A stretch of 64,000 nucleotides of DNA, taken from Amoebidium appalachense (Eukaryota > Protista > Ichthyosporea). The translations under genes and the position numbers were made by a program. The stretch covers positions 5,706,564 to 5,770,563 of the forward strand of contig CAVNZM010000004.1 of the NCBI GenBank assembly GCA_963693365.1. The letters are read 5' to 3'. Shown here piece after piece: positions 36,561 to 50,924 of the stretch. The notes beneath the pieces were generated by a model. It saw nothing but the letters and a program-made list of their open reading frames with translations. It was not told the origin of the DNA and searched no databases. Numbering within the stretch: position 1 is the stretch's first letter; each line of letters starts with the position of its first letter.

Positions 36561-39160
36561 CCTTGTAGCATAGAGCCCCCCTTGTAGCATAGTATATGTA
36601 CATATGTTACCTAGACATTATTGGGTTTTCAATAACTACCCACAGAACAGCCTCTAGCACGAGACATTTACCACAAAGTTTATGGGGGGGATGGTAAATG
36701 TGCCCCTGGAGTACGAGGGTCACACGAAAAAAACACAACGTTGTAGCTCGTATAGAACCCCCCTTGTAGCATAGTATATGTCCATGTGTTACCTCAGTAG
36801 GCATTTTTGGTTTTTTCAATAACTACCAACAGAACAGCCTCTAGCACGAGAAATTTACCACAAAGTATGGGGGGGATGGGGAATGTTCCCCTGGAGTACG
36901 AGGGTCACACAAAAAAAAAACACAACGTTGTAGCTCGTATAAAACCCCCCTTGTAGCATAGTATATGTCCATGTGTTACCTAGACATTTTTGGTTTTTTC
37001 AAAAACTACCCACAGAACAGCTTCTAGCACGAGAAAGTTACCACACAGTTTATGGGGGGGATGGGGAATGTGCTCCTGGAGTACGAGGGTCACACGAAAA
37101 AAACACAAAGTTGTAGCTCGTATAGAACCCCCCTTGTAGCATAGTATATGTCCATGTGTTACCTAGACATTTTTGGTTTTTTCAATAACTACCCACAGAA
37201 CAGCTTCTAGCACGAGAAATTTACCACACAGTTTATGGGGGGGATGGGGAATGTGCCCCCCTGGAGTACGAGGGTCACACGAAAAAAACACAACGTTGTA
37301 GCTCGAATAGAACCCCCCTTGTAGCATAGTATATGTACATGTGTTGCTTACACATTATTGGTTTTTTCAATAACTACCCACAGAACAGCTTCTAGCACGA
37401 GAAATTTACCACACAGTTTATGGGGGGGATGGGGAATGTGCCCCTGGAGTACGAGGGTCACACGAAAAAAACACAACGTTGTAGCTCGAATAGAACCCCC
37501 CTTGTAGCATAGTATATATATGTACATGCGTTGCTTACACATTATTGGTTTTTTCAATAACTACCCACAGAACAGCTTCTAGCACGAGAAAGTTACCACA
37601 CAGTTTATGGGGGGGATGGGGAATGTGCCCCTGGAGTACGAGGGTCACACGAAAAAAACACAACGTTGTAGCTCGAATAGAACCCCCCTTGTAGCATAGT
37701 ATATGTACATGCGTTGCTTACACATTATTGGTTTTTTCAATAACTACCCACAGAATAGCCTCTAGCACGAGAAATTTACCACAAAGTTTGTGGGGGGATG
37801 GGGAATGTGCCCCTGGAGTACGAGGGTCACACGAAAAAAACACAAAGTTGTAGCTCGTATAGAACCCCCCTTGTGATAGTATATGTCATGTGTTACCTAG
37901 ACATTTTTGGTTTTTTCAAAAACTACCCACAGAACAGCTTCTAGCACGAGAAAGTTACCACACAGTTTATGGGGGGGATGGGGAATGCGCCCCTGGAGTG
38001 CGAGGGTCACACGAAAAAAACACAACGTTGTAGCTCGAATAGAACCCCCCTTGTAGCATAGTATATGTACATGTGTTGCTTACACATTAAGTTGGTTTTT
38101 TCAATAACTACCCACAGAACAGCTTCTAGCACGAGAAATTTACCACACTGTTTATGGGGGGGATGGGGAATGTGCCCCTGGAGTACGAGGGTCACACAAA
38201 AAAAAACACAACGTTGTAGCTCGTATAGAACCCCCCTTGTAGCATAGAATATGTACATATGTTACCTAGACATTATTGGTTTTTCAATAACTACCCACAG
38301 AATAGCCTCTAGCACGAGAAATTTACCACAAAGTTTGTGGGGGGGATGGTGAATGTGCCCCTGGAGTACGAGGGTCACACGAAAAAAACACAAAGTTGTA
38401 GCTCGTATAGAACCCCCCTTGTAGCATAGTATATGTCCATGTGTTACCTAGACATTTTTGGTTTTTTCAATAACTACCCACAGAACAGCTTCTAGCACGA
38501 GAAATTTACCACACAGTTTATGGGGGGGATGGGGAATGTGCCCCCCTGGAGTACGAGGGTCACACGAAAAAAACACAACGTTGTAGCTCGAATAGAACCC
38601 CCCTTGTAGCATAGTATATGTCCATGTGTTACCTAGACATTATTGGTTTTTTCAATAACTACCCACAGAACAGCTTCTAGCACGAGAAATTTACCACACA
38701 GTTTATGGGGGGGATGGGGAATGTGCCCCTGGAGTACGAGGGTCACACGAAAAAAACACAACGTTGTAGCTCGAATAGAACCCCCCTTGTAGCATAGTAT
38801 ATGTACATGCGTTGCTTACACATTATTGGTTTTTTCAATAACTACCCACAGAACAGCTTCTAGCACGAGAAAGTTACCACACAGTTTATGGGGGGGATGG
38901 GGAATGTGCCCCTGGAGTGCGAGGGTCACACGAAAAAAACACAACGTTGTAGCTCGTATAGAACCCCCCTTGTAGCATAGTATATGTACATATGTTACTT
39001 GCACATTATTGGTTTTTTCAATAACTACCCACAGAACAGCTTCTGGCACGAGAAATTTACCACAAAGTTTATGGGGGGGATGGTGAGTGTGCCTCTGGAG
39101 TACGAGGGTCACCCGAAAAAAACACAACATTGTAGCCCGGATTGAAACCCCCTTTGTACC
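36560..39160. repeat. Tandem array, ~183-bp unit, ~14 copies
   Basis: CCCCTTGTAGCATAG and GGAGTACGAGGGTCACACG recur with a period of ~180-187 bp. Confidence 0.96.
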
Positions 39161-39711
39161 ATATACATCATATATCATGCAGCATGTGTTACTTTCGCGT
39201 TATTGGTTTCCTAGCACGAGATATTCAGCACACAGTTGGGGTTGTGGGGGCAGTGTACACCTACAATATCAGGGGTACCGCGTGGCAAAAACACCCCCCC
39301 AGGGGGGGGGGGGGGGGTCACGCGTGCGATGGTGCACTAGTTATTACGTCAACTAGGCAGGGTATAGCATCAACGTTATTATATGTGCTGCTGAGTTTCT
39401 TTGGTTGTACACCCGTCACCAGTCAATTTATTGGTGTTGGCGCCCACCTATGACACCACCTCGGAAGACTGGGGTCACGTGGAGGACACGTAACTATAGT
39501 CTGATAGTTGTGACTAAGGGCACCGCTAAGGGCACCAAGCTGATGCACGCGCGCGCGCGAGCCGAAATCTATTTTTATCTTTTCCCTAATCAGGCGCGGC
39601 GGTTACTAAACCGAACTATAGCAAATAGCAAATAGTGATTGGCTAAACCCAATCCGGTTTGCAATTTTTTGTCCGTTTAAGCCTGTACGCACGTTGTTTG
39701 CTCCATTTCTT

Positions 39712-39822
39712 TTCCCCCTTCCCGCAGGTCCGCAGTTCCGCAGGTCCCTTCCCGCAGGTCGCCTGGTCGCAGTTCCCTTCCCGCAGGTCGCCTGGTCACA
39801 GGTCCCCTCCGCAGGTCGCGCA
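39712..39822. repeat. Short GC-rich tandem repeat (CCCTTCCCGCAGGTCGC-like), possible promoter element
   Basis: CGCAGGTC occurs about five times; ATTGG/CCAAT at ~39639 and ~39649. Confidence 0.6.
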
Positions 39823-40429
39823 GCCACCGTGCTGAATGGTTTCGACCATGCTGCATGCTGAAGCATCTTCGCCTAACGGCTGAAAGGCCGTTTGAAGGTT
39901 AGTTTTGTGTTGCCTGCTTTTGTGCATATGGCGTTTGTCTGTCTGGTCTGTGTCCGTGCCTGTGATTATATCTGTGTCTGTGTCTGTGTCTGTGTGCGTG
40001 TGTGTTTATGTGTGTGTGTGTGCGTGCGTGTGCGTGTGTTCTGCTGGCTGCAGATGCACGTTGCCTTTTCACGTTCATGAACCAGCGACTGTGGGCACTA
40101 CTTTTCCTGTTAGCACTATAGCTATCATCCCCTCCACCAGTCGTTCAAGCTATTTTCTGCTTCTCTAGACTTCATAAGTTTGTGCTTTTGTCTTTCAGCA
40201 CAACGTACGCGTGTTTCACATGTTAGCATTTAGTGTTATTCATTCATTCTAACCCCCCCCCCCCCCCCCCAAACACACACACACACACTCACTCACTCAC
40301 TTCCCCACCCACACATACAAAAAAACACACACACCAAAAGCCCCTCCCATCCCCCCCCCCCCCCTCCCCCCCCCTCCCCCCCCCCCCCTTCCAAAAAACT
40401 GTCAAATGCCTCCATGCCCACCAACACAG

Positions 40430-40847
40430 ATGTTCCAGGTTGCCCCTGTCAATGCCGCCGACCCCGACAAGTTGGCAGACCAGGTTAGGTGCCGCAAGAA
40501 GACGTGGGAGGGGTGGTTGGTGGAGGTTCAAGTTGAGTGCAACAACCATCCCTGTGGCCGCATGTACAGCGTCGATCCGGTGAGGGGCAACCCATGGGGC
40601 AACTCCGCCCTTCACCGCATCATGTGCATGTCCCCCATCAACGGCCCTCCTACATCAAGAACCGCCTCAGCAGCTTCAAGACACTAAACGTTTGTGCCCA
40701 TTCCCCCCCCCCCCCCCCCCCCCCCACACACACACACCACACCCCAATCAAAGACGAAATCTTCTCATGCTGCTTTTTTTAACATGCTTATTCATGTTTA
40801 ATGTTGTTGTTCTTCCTTATTGGTTCATTCTTAATGCACTGTGACCC

Positions 40848-40880
<33 letters not shown>

Positions 40881-41860
40881 ACTCCCACTCCCTCCCTCCC
40901 ACCTCCCCCTGTTGTCCCACGTACGAATCACCAACACATAACCACACAAGACATCAAATCCTTATCACTCAGAGAAACGGTACATGCATGGTTATCCAGT
41001 ATCCATTCAGCTTCCCACTTCCTCAAGTCATTTCAGATTTTTCATTCATTGTCGAATTCGGTTTTATTTGCTGCTAATGGAGAATACCCCCTTTCCTCAT
41101 CACCACATACACACATGCTTACGTGTACGTACACGCAACACACACACCAACACCCACACAGGAGTTTCAAAAGGCGTTGCCCGAGCTCTTCAGCTTCATG
41201 CTCCACACATTTGAGTGCGGACTGCGGGATCCAATGGCCCACAAGTCTGCCACTCAGATTTCGTGGTCAGCTGTGAAGTATGGAGCTGACATGCCTGACT
41301 ACGAGGGTGGTGCTCGGCCATCAGAGATCAGCAAGGTAAACAACTACCCCCCCCCCCCCCCCCCTTGCGTCCTCCCTGAGGATGGGCTCTGCTTATGACG
41401 CATACTGTGCACATGGCTGATGTTGCGTGCTTGAATGTTTGCCTTTGCATGTGTCCTGCACCATGCTTCTCATCGTGTATGCGTATTTCGTACCGTATTC
41501 TGCATTCAAACCCCCCCCCCCCCCCCCCCCCATCATTGTGTTTTAGCTCCCGTCCGAAAGACAACGTATGGATATCGAAATGATGATATTGATAAGTCGT
41601 ATGTATGGGTTACGTATCATCGTAGTGTTTTAGGATATCTCCTAAGCATGGGCAAGTATCATCCTATCATGTCATCTTTAGGTTTGGTATGGTAACATTG
41701 TGATAGCATTTTTCCCAGGTACATACATGCTCAGGCTAGCCAGAAAAGTTAAAAACACTCACACAATCTCCTTCTGTCCCAACCCAGTATGCAAAGACCT
41801 GGGAAAAGATCTGCAAGGTCCGGGAGAAGGCAGTCCTCAGCCTGTCAGCAGAAAGGCGAT
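40430..41860 (+). CDS. Putative spliced gene of unknown function inside the DNA transposon (may be a pseudogene)
   Basis: Complex-sequence open segments between C/CA-rich intron-like tracts: CAG|ATGTTC (MFQVAPV...), CAG|GAGTTT...AAG|GTAAAC (EFQKALPELF...EISK), CAG|GTACAT (...FCPNPVCK). Confidence 0.4.
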
Positions 41861-42894
41861 GTGGGTGGGAGGGTTGAGGATGATTAGAATGAGGAGGAAT
41901 AGGGAAAGACCCCCCCCCCCCCCCCCCCCCGGAGGAAAAAAAAAAGAATTAATACTTAGTTTATGTCTCTTTTGGTGTAGTCCCGGCCTCTGCAGGGGGG
42001 AGATAGGGGGGAGATGTAGACTTCGTATTTTATTTGTGTGATGATGTTTGTTTTGTTTTGTTTGTTTGTTTGTTGGTTTGTTTAGTTTGTTCGGTGAAAG
42101 CTGGACTCCTGTGGAGTCTAACAGAGTGAAATGGTCTCTACTCCTGTGGAGTGAGACTTAGAAATTTTTAAACATGAACAACTTGTGCGGTCTCTGCTCC
42201 AGTGGAGCGAGACATAAAGGAACAACAGTCTTAATGGTATCTCGTGTACAAATTGTGAAAAAGTTAGAAAGGTAAGAAGGAAGGGGGGGGGGGGGAGGGA
42301 GGGAGGGGAGGGAGGGAGGGGGGGGGGGGGGAGGGAGGGGAGGGAGGGGGGGGGGGGAGGGAGGGAGGGGAGGGAGGGAGGGGGGGGCACAACGGTGGTG
42401 GTTACTTTTCGTATTATGATATTACGACAGCTCGTAATCGTATATTACGATATTCCGTAATATTGTATTTAGTTAGTCATGGTATACTCGTAACATATTA
42501 TTTGGCTATGCATAGGATATCTTATGGATGGGCAAAGAGCTGTCGTAATGATGTATACACGACATGCTATGTATATACATACGAGTGGTGTACGGGCTCT
42601 TATGGAAATGTCTACGACGGTATTATGGGGGTCGTAATGTACCCCAGGACCAGCCATATGTATATCATATGTATATGGTTGGTAATTCGTAAAATACATC
42701 GATGTATATCATATGTCATGGGTTACGATGGTATTAAGCCGCTCCTAAACATATACTTAAGATATCCAACGGGATGGGTTTGGATACTCGGATGGTGAAG
42801 ATTACGATGGGTTTCCGACCCCTCGTAACGCTCTCGTATGTATGTTCTATGTATAGTCGTATGTATATACATAGGTTATACATTGGATATACAT

Positions 42895-43040
42895 AGGTTA
42901 TCCTATGTATAGTGCAATGTATATACATTGGATATCTTATGTATAGTGCAATGTATATACATTGGATATCCTATGCATAGTGCAATGTATATACATTGGA
43001 TATCCTATGTATAGTGCAATGTATATACATCGGATATACA
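42895..43040. repeat. 34-bp subterminal tandem repeat, ~4 copies
   Basis: GGATATCCTATGTATAGTGCAATGTATATACATT repeated. Confidence 0.9.
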
Positions 43041-43289
43041 TAGGATATACATATGACATACGCTTTACGACATCCATAAACCCTATGGATGTCGTAAAGA
43101 GGGTTTATGGATGTCGTAAAGCGTATATCCAATGTATATACATAAGACGCTCCGTTAACCCCATGGAACTCTTTACACTATCGTAAAGAGGTCGTGCAAC
43201 CACTCCATATGAACTCGCGGTGTGCTTTACGATGGGTGACAGGTTTACGCCATTGGAGATGGCATTACGAGGGGTATACGATCCCCGGT

Positions 43290-43303
43290 GGAGATTGCTG
43301 ATG
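43290..43303 (-). repeat. Right TIR GGAGATTGCTGATG
   Basis: Reverse complement of 22285-22298, followed by TA and resumption of gypsy pol. Confidence 0.9.
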
Positions 43304-46300
43304 TAGGTCCGGTGTTTCCGTCGGTAGTTTCACTAATGAGATTGGTAGTATAGAGGTCTCTCTTATTACCCAAAAGGAGGATGCCGGCTCGAAGGATGAC
43401 TCAGGAGGAGGGGGAACAACTTTATTTAACGTTAGCCACCAAAATGTCACCCGACACGATGGGGAGGGGGACCGGGACAGCACCGGTCCCACTCCCCCGA
43501 CCCCCAAGAGGAAGGAGGGTCACCCCGGAGTGTGAGAATGTGCAGGCAGGGGGGAGGGTGTTGGTCTAACCCGTGGATCTGACGGGTTAACCAACACCGT
43601 GGGGGGCAGCCGGGTGGCCACAGACCTGGCCCCCCACATACATGCACTAACTCATCAGGAATTGCCCGGGGGCATTGGTGTGCCGGGGGGAGGGGGGGGT
43701 GCTAATGGTGACCGCCTATATCCGGAGGTACCTCAAACTCACCCCGTGCAGCACCGATGTAATACAGGAGATGAAATGTTAAGTGGCACTCCGGTGAATA
43801 AGGATGCATCCACTTGTGATGGGGGTAACCCGGAGTTAGTATTGCCGTTTGGTATGAAGGAGGGGGATTCAGACGGTGGAGCAGAAACAGTTATTAGTAA
43901 AGTTATTTGATAGGACTCGGTTTGCATTTCTGGCCGATGATAACGAAGTAGGCTTCGTTAAAGGGTTTGAAATGCAGATCGACACAGGTGATAATAGGCC
44001 GGTAGTTATGCCTAGCTATAGAATGGAGCAGTATAAATTGCCGGATGCGCTAATAATAGTGAGCGATATGTTAAAAAAGGGTCATGTGGAGCATAGTTCG
44101 AGTCCGTGGAGAAGTCCGGTGCTATTGGTTAAGAAGCCCGACGGGTCTTGGCGTCTAGTGAACGATTACAGGGCTCTGAATCGGGTCACTAAGGCAGACC
44201 AATGGCCTCTCCCTAACATAGACGAGCAGCTTTCACAGCTGCACGGCTATACTCACTTTGCTAAACTTGATTTAAAAGCAGCTTTTTGGCAGATAAGGTT
44301 GGAGGAGAGCAGCAAGGAGAAGACTGCCTTTGCACTGGGTGACCAGCTGTTCCAGTACAAGGTGGTGCCGATGGGTTTGCTCTCCTCTCCAGCTATGTTG
44401 TGCCGGGTAATGTATAAAATTCTCCACCCTCATTTGGATGTATGCCACCCTTATTTGGATGATGTTTTAATTAAAGGTAGGTCGTTTGAGGAGTTAGTTA
44501 ATAATTGTGAAAAAGTATTTTTAGCTTTGGGTGAGTCTGGTCTTCGTATTAGCGGTAGCAAGACTGTGATTGGTGTGCCGGAGGTTAAGTTTTTAGGTCA
44601 TATCATGTCTAGTAATGGTCTTTCCCCTGATCCGGAGAAAATCCGGGCCATAGTTGAGTGGCCCCGTCCTCGGACTGTCACTCAACTAAGGCAATTTTTA
44701 GGTTTAACTAATTATCTTCGTCGTTATATTAAGGATTATACTTGCTTGCTTTGCCGTTAACTAGTCAGACAGGAGGGGAGAAGAAGAATAGAATAGATTG
44801 GAATGTTGATGCCATTTCTGCTTTCGAAAAGCTTAAGTTAGCTTTGCAGTCTTCGAGTATGCTTGTTCATCCTGATTTTTCGGCCGGGGGGGGATGTTTA
44901 AAGTTCGGTGTGATGCAAGTAAGGTTGCTGAGGGGGCAGTGTTATATCAAGTGCAGGAGGGGCAGGATAGAGTGATTGCTTATGCTAGTCGTTCGTTTAG
45001 TAAAAGTGAACGTAGATATAGCAATCCGGAGAGAGAGTCCCATGCTATCTTTTGGGCCGTCTCACAGGCATGGAGGTACATACTCGCAGGCAGGTCGTTC
45101 GAGGTCTACACCGACCACAAGCCCTGCCTAGCCATGGCCGGCACCACTCGTCTGGTCAACGAGAGGATGCAGAAGTGGGCCGCGGCTCTCGGTGAGTTCT
45201 CCTATAAATTGTTTTATGCCAAGGGTGAAACAATGGTTGACTGTGATGCTCTCTCTCGTGCTGCTTATGTTTTGTTTGAAGAAGAGAGGGGGGGGAGGGG
45301 GGGGGGCTAGTGAGAGACGGGGGGGGGGGGGGGGAGGGGGGAAGGGGGGGGAGAGTGAGCAGAAAGGAATAGATGCTGTGTCTGTTGATGTGTCTTCTTG
45401 GGCTCCGGGGTTGCTTGCTTATAAGTGTAGGGGAGGGGGGGGGAGGTATTTGGCAGTGTCTGAGGTCGGGACCGAGTCTCATGGCTCGGCCCCTGCCTTA
45501 GCACCTACGGCTTTGATCTTAGCTCAGGAGGAAGATGTGTTGATTGGTCTGGTTAAGAATTATTTAAAGGGGTCGGTTGATTCGATTAAATTTAAAAATA
45601 AAAGGCAGATGATTAAGGTAGCTAAGTTAGCAAAAATGTGTCAGGTAGAGCAGGATTTAGTTTATCATTGTTCTGGGCCGGACGGACACTGAGTTTGGGT
45701 CCCGACGGCACTTGTGCCTGAGGTTTTGCATATGGTGCATGATCATCCCATGGCTGGTTATTTAGGTGTAAATAGGACGTTGCTTCGTGTTAATCGTTCG
45801 TATTTTTGGCCGGGTATGAGTAGGGAGGTGAGGGATTATGTGTTGTCATGCATGCATTGTCAGGAAAGGAATGAGAGTCCCCACTCTCGTTCCCGCCCGT
45901 CGTTTATTAGGGATTTTAATGTTCGTATGTTTGAACGGGTAGCAGTCGGATGTGGTTGGTCCTTTTAATTCTACGGTTGAGGGTAACACTGTTCTTGTTA
46001 CCGTCACCGATGTGGCCACTCGTTGGGTTGAAGTTTTTCCTCTCCCCACTGCTAATGCCGTTTTGTTTGCTCGTATTTTTGTGGATGAAATTTGTCTTAG
46101 GTTTGGTTGTCCTCGTGTTCTGTTAACGGATAGGAGTCGTGTGTTTTTAAATCAGTTGGTGTCGGAGGTGGTAAAATTTTAAGGGTAGCTCATATCACTA
46201 CGTCTGCATATCACCCTCAAGCAAATGCCATCTCTGAACGTGTGCATGCAGTGTTTCAGAAGTCCTTTGGCAAAATGGTGGATGTGGAGGCTAATGATTG

Positions 46301-47143
46301 GGATCATATGTCTAGGTTTATTGCTCATTCGTATAATTCTACCCCTCATGCTGTGACTGGTTTTTCTCCGTTTTATTTGGTCTATGGGCAGGAGGCTATT
46401 AGTTTGTTAGATACGGCACCTTTACCGATGGGGGGGACTGACACTGGCAGACTAACTTATCCCCACTGGACTGAGTTCCGGGAGCAGCTACTAGGGCCCG
46501 GGCTGCACGTGATGCAGCTCTGGCCCGTACACAGCAGGCACAGGCACGTGCAGACGTGTCCACACGTCCGTTACGTGAATTTGCCGAGGGTACTTTAGTT
46601 TTAATTAGGGATCATACTAGGAAAAAGCGATATAAGCAGGAGCAGGAAGGTAAGGGTGAAGGTGAAGGTCTTCGTAAGTATGGTAAGAAATGGTTGCCTC
46701 TTTTCATTGGTCCGTATAAAATAGTGACTAGGTTAGGTCCGACGGAATATAAGGTGCAGAGGTTAGATAATGAGAGTGATGTTAGATATTATAATGTAGA
46801 TGATATAAAGGAATATTATGATAGGGCCCTTAGGGTAAAACGGCCGGAGGGCCGTCGAGTGTTAGCTGCATTCACCCCCGACTATGACGGGTCGGTGGAT
46901 GTATCGGAGGCTGCAGTAGATAAAATTATGGATAAAAAGGTTATCGAGGGTAAGGAAGGTAAGGTAAATTATTATTTAATTCGTTTTGAGGGAGGTTATC
47001 AGGAAGATCAGTGGTTGCCTGAGTTTCATTTGGATTGCCCGTTTTCTATTTGTGCTTATGAGGCTCGGTTAGTGCAGAGGGAGTTGCCTAGTGCTCCCTC
47101 TAGGCCGAAGAGAGTTATTCCGCTCAGTTTAATCGTGGTGTGA
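43304..47143 (+). pseudogene. Gypsy pol (RT-RNase H-integrase-chromodomain), disrupted
   Basis: YLDD, CDAS, GPY and YLIRFEG..EDQWLPE motifs; frameshifts and a TGA at 45690. Confidence 0.92.
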
Positions 47144-47444
47144 AAAAGTCGGTGAGGGAGGGGGCCGGGGGGGGAGTGATGCAAATACACGTAGACACAC
47201 GGGGGGAAGGGGAGGGAGGGGGGGAGACCGAGGAGGAGTGTAAACGTAGTCGTAGGAATTTAATTTATTATCATAGGTGTCTCCGTAGGTATCAAGCTTA
47301 TGGTGTAGATTAATTAATTTATTATTTTCTTCGTAGTTTATTTAATTTAATTGGGAGACTGATTAGTCTATGTCTTTTTAGGGGGTGTTAGATGTAATGT
47401 GACTGAGGTGGGACTCAGCTTTTCCGGGGGCCGGGGGGGGGAGT

Positions 47445-47496
47445 TGACATATACTTATCCGTCTCAGCAGATCAGCCTAAGTCTACGATCGAGATC

Positions 47497-47528
<32 letters not shown>

Positions 47529-48175
47529 GGGTCCACAGATCATCAAGATCAAGTCCGGGGCCTCAAGATAGCTGTACTCACAGCTGCGTGCATCTTGCCT
47601 CTGCCGGCGCAGGGCAGGACCACGTCAGCCGGGGCAGCCAACCAATAGAATTCTAATTAGTGTGTAGGATAGATCATAGGAGGACTTTGGAATGTGATAA
47701 GTTCGGGCAGAAGCCCTTTGTAAATATTGGCAAGTTTTGATAGTATATGCTGCCAAACGTATTTATATATTTCGATGTAGAGGAAAGAGGGGGGGGGGGG
47801 GGGAGGGGGGGGGGGGGAGATAGTATGAAATGTAGAATTAGACTCTGCGGTGCCACTAGGGGAAGGGAGAGGGGTGAGACTTAGATAATTATATTAGTGT
47901 GAGCCGATCGACTTAGCTCGTGCAGGCGCACGATAGAGTTAGATCGGAATGTATGGAATGTGGCATCGTAGGGGGCCAGGTGATGATGATCTTGTAGGGC
48001 ACGGCCTTGATGGCCTCAGTTGTGACTTAGCCTCATTCCGTTCGGACCTAAGTTTGCCCGTCGGAGCCTGGTCTTAATAAACTTTACCGTTTTTCAGTAC
48101 CCGTTCGTTCCTTTCCGTGTGTGTACACTTAGTAGAGTGCCGCGTCTCTTAATACATACACGTTAGGATACGACA
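47445..48175 (+). repeat. 3' LTR of the host chromovirus
   Basis: TGACATATAC...GATACGACA; somewhat diverged from the other four LTRs. Confidence 0.93.
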
Positions 48176-48938
48176 GTCATCACTCACACCCAGACCCTGT
48201 CCACGAAGACTTACACCCTCAACACCTACCTGAAGCATACCTACCTGTGGTGTCTGCACGGGTGGGGTGGGTTGTGTGTGTGGCGTGGGTGATGGTGGAG
48301 TGTGTGTGGGTGGTGCGTGTGTGGGTGGTGCGTGTGTGGGTGCATGTGTGGGTGCAGGCCCTGTGCCTGCAACCTTCGTGTGTTGTGGTGGTGTGGTGTT
48401 TCTACGTGTCTGTGCCTTCCCCCCTTCCCCCCCTACTCGTGTGTGTCCCCCTCCCCTCCCGGAAACATGGCACAGAAACCCCCTCCGGTGTGGTGAGAAC
48501 AAAAACCGGGTTGGGACAAGAAACACTGGGACCACCCACTGCCTGTGGTTGGGGAACCTCCCCCAACCACAACACATTCACACCATTAATACCTTTTGGA
48601 GAAACACCCCACAAACTGGCATTCATACCATACCACCTCGATGGCATTGCTGTCTTTGAGGATCCACGGCGATCATGATGCCCGGCTCCCACACGTAGCG
48701 GGGCAGTGAGGGGGCAAAGGAAAGCTCAACCTGGGGTGGGAGAGGGTGAAGGAGTCCTCTGCTACCTGGGGGGGACCGATACTATCCTCCCCCCCTCCCT
48801 CATTAACCCCAGCTTTCCCCTTACCCGAATCTCAATTGCCTGGTAGCTACGGCAAAACGCAGCAGAGTGCCCTTGCCGGCCACAACGATAGCATGCACCA
48901 TAGAAAGGGCCAGCCTGAACTTCATAACCTTGGCGCAA
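48176..48938 (-). mobile_element. Older diverged fragment of the same gypsy family (zinc knuckle to pre-protease region)
   Basis: Colinear with 27630-28382 with many substitutions; CYRCGRQGHSAAFC knuckle. Confidence 0.85.
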
Positions 48939-50924
48939 AGATAGTATGTGTTAGAGGTGAGTTTTTGTGTATTTTGGTTGAGGGTTGCATGGGCCATGGA
49001 ATCGACCATGGGTGAACGTCGTTTGAGTGTACATGTGGGGAAAAGGATGAATGTGAAAATGACGTGCAATAACGTGATCGGAATGTGTAGTAAGGTCTGT
49101 GATTGGCTGTTGCTCGGTGCATGGAGGAAGGAGGATTCCGATTGGTCGATGGCATTGTTGCCTGTGTGTTGCACGCTCTCTGTGTGTGGTGTGAAACTTT
49201 TGAAAGTGTTGCATTCCCGGAGCCACCTCAGACTTCGGTCTTGTTGTAGAAGTTCCTCCGAACAACAGGCGACACGTGTGTGTTTCTCTTGTGTGTGTTT
49301 GTTAGCGTTTTCAGTAGCCCGCATGCACTTAGGTATATTACAAAACACTACACGACAACCATCACGGCATCCACCTGACCTTGCACGGCAGCCTGAGAAT
49401 CATCTACAGCTTCAGAGGTGACTGGGGTCCTCCTAGGGCTCATGTCCCCCCCCCCCCCCCCCCCCCCGGCCCCTGTGCCCGCTCGACTGCCACCTAATCT
49501 CGGCTAGACAGTGAAGCATCAATCTAGGAGTGGCAGCGTTTCAACAACCCCCTACAACCACACCGACGACGGCTCAAAGGCCCAACTGAGTCAACGAGCG
49601 GAGCCACACAGCCTAGTACCTTGTCCAAGCACGGCAAGGCACATTCACCCTTGAATGGGTTATAAAAAAGGCTCACCGTGACCGACTCCAACTGAGAGGC
49701 AACCCGGAACAACCAGGCAGATGTCGCTTGGCCGGCACCAGCCTCCCATACCCAAACCCCCTACCCAGGGCCTACCAACCCCGCACTAGCAGCACCTGCT
49801 GTTGTTTTGTGTGGGTAAACGGAGAAGCAGAGTGCACAGATGGGTGTTATGATATACACAACACACAGACACACAGGAAAACCACAACCGGAGAGGTGGA
49901 ACGGTTTCAGAGACCATTTGAAATATATTCAACTGCTTGATATTTATTTCAAGATGAAGTCCTTTTTATACACAGAGATGTGGAGCCGATAGAGGCTAAG
50001 CCAATCAAAATAACGAAAACTATGAGGGCAAATAAATCGAAATACCTGTTGACACATAGAAGATAAATCGTAATCTTCTAATGAAAGCACGGAAAGATTT
50101 CTAAAGCTAAATAAATGAAACCATTTATATATCTATTAGTTCACATCATATATTTCCTTACGTATACATGTTCCTAATATAAACACGTCTAAATATAAGT
50201 ATTCCTAATAGCTGGGGAACATAGAGCAATTCTACGTCGTGGAAAAGAAGGAAAAGGAATGAGGGTAGAAAGGAATGGAATGGGAAAGGAATCGAGTGGA
50301 ATAAAGGAGGAATGTACCTTTCTATATTTGGGGAAATAAAACGAGATCTGATTGGACAACTATCGGACACGTACACACCATGGAAATTTAGTATTGGAGC
50401 GGGGTAAAAGACGCAAACAACATTACATGTACGTGGGCCAAGTGGCTCGGTGTGTTCACAGATCAACGATATCTGTGCACACGGAAACGGGAAAGAAAGA
50501 AAGAAAAAAGGGAAAAGGAAACGAACAACAACAAACTAATAAACATATGTATAACTCAACTTCTAAGTTCTTGCCGTTATCCATGTGTAGATGACACCTA
50601 CCCACCATCCAACACCACTTACCAGGCAGCCTACCACCACCATGATCCGGCAACTCGGCCACGGCTGCAAGTTGAACACATGGGCCAGCCAACTCAAAGT
50701 TTCTCTGAATCATCACCGACTCAGTACTACCATGTGGGAGAGACGCACACTATCCCTGACCACCAACTGTATGCACTGCAACGGCCGGCGCATGAGCACC
50801 ACAGGCAGCCCGTCAGCTCAAGATAGCCATAGACCTTCTATCCACCATGCACCAACATCATCGGGAATATCCAACAATATACTGTTGCGCGGCATGCCCT
50901 CGGTGCACAGCAGCTAACGGAACC

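Larger units (their letters stand above)
43304..48175 (+). mobile_element. Right part of the host Ty3/Gypsy chromovirus (RT, RH, IN, chromodomain, 3' LTR)
   Basis: Colinear with the other two copies; PPT then LTR 47445-48175. Confidence 0.95.

Noticed and set aside
50452-50917. ORFs flanking the third chromovirus, with a CMHC pair
   Set aside because: No recognisable domain; the frame is not restored convincingly across the insertion.
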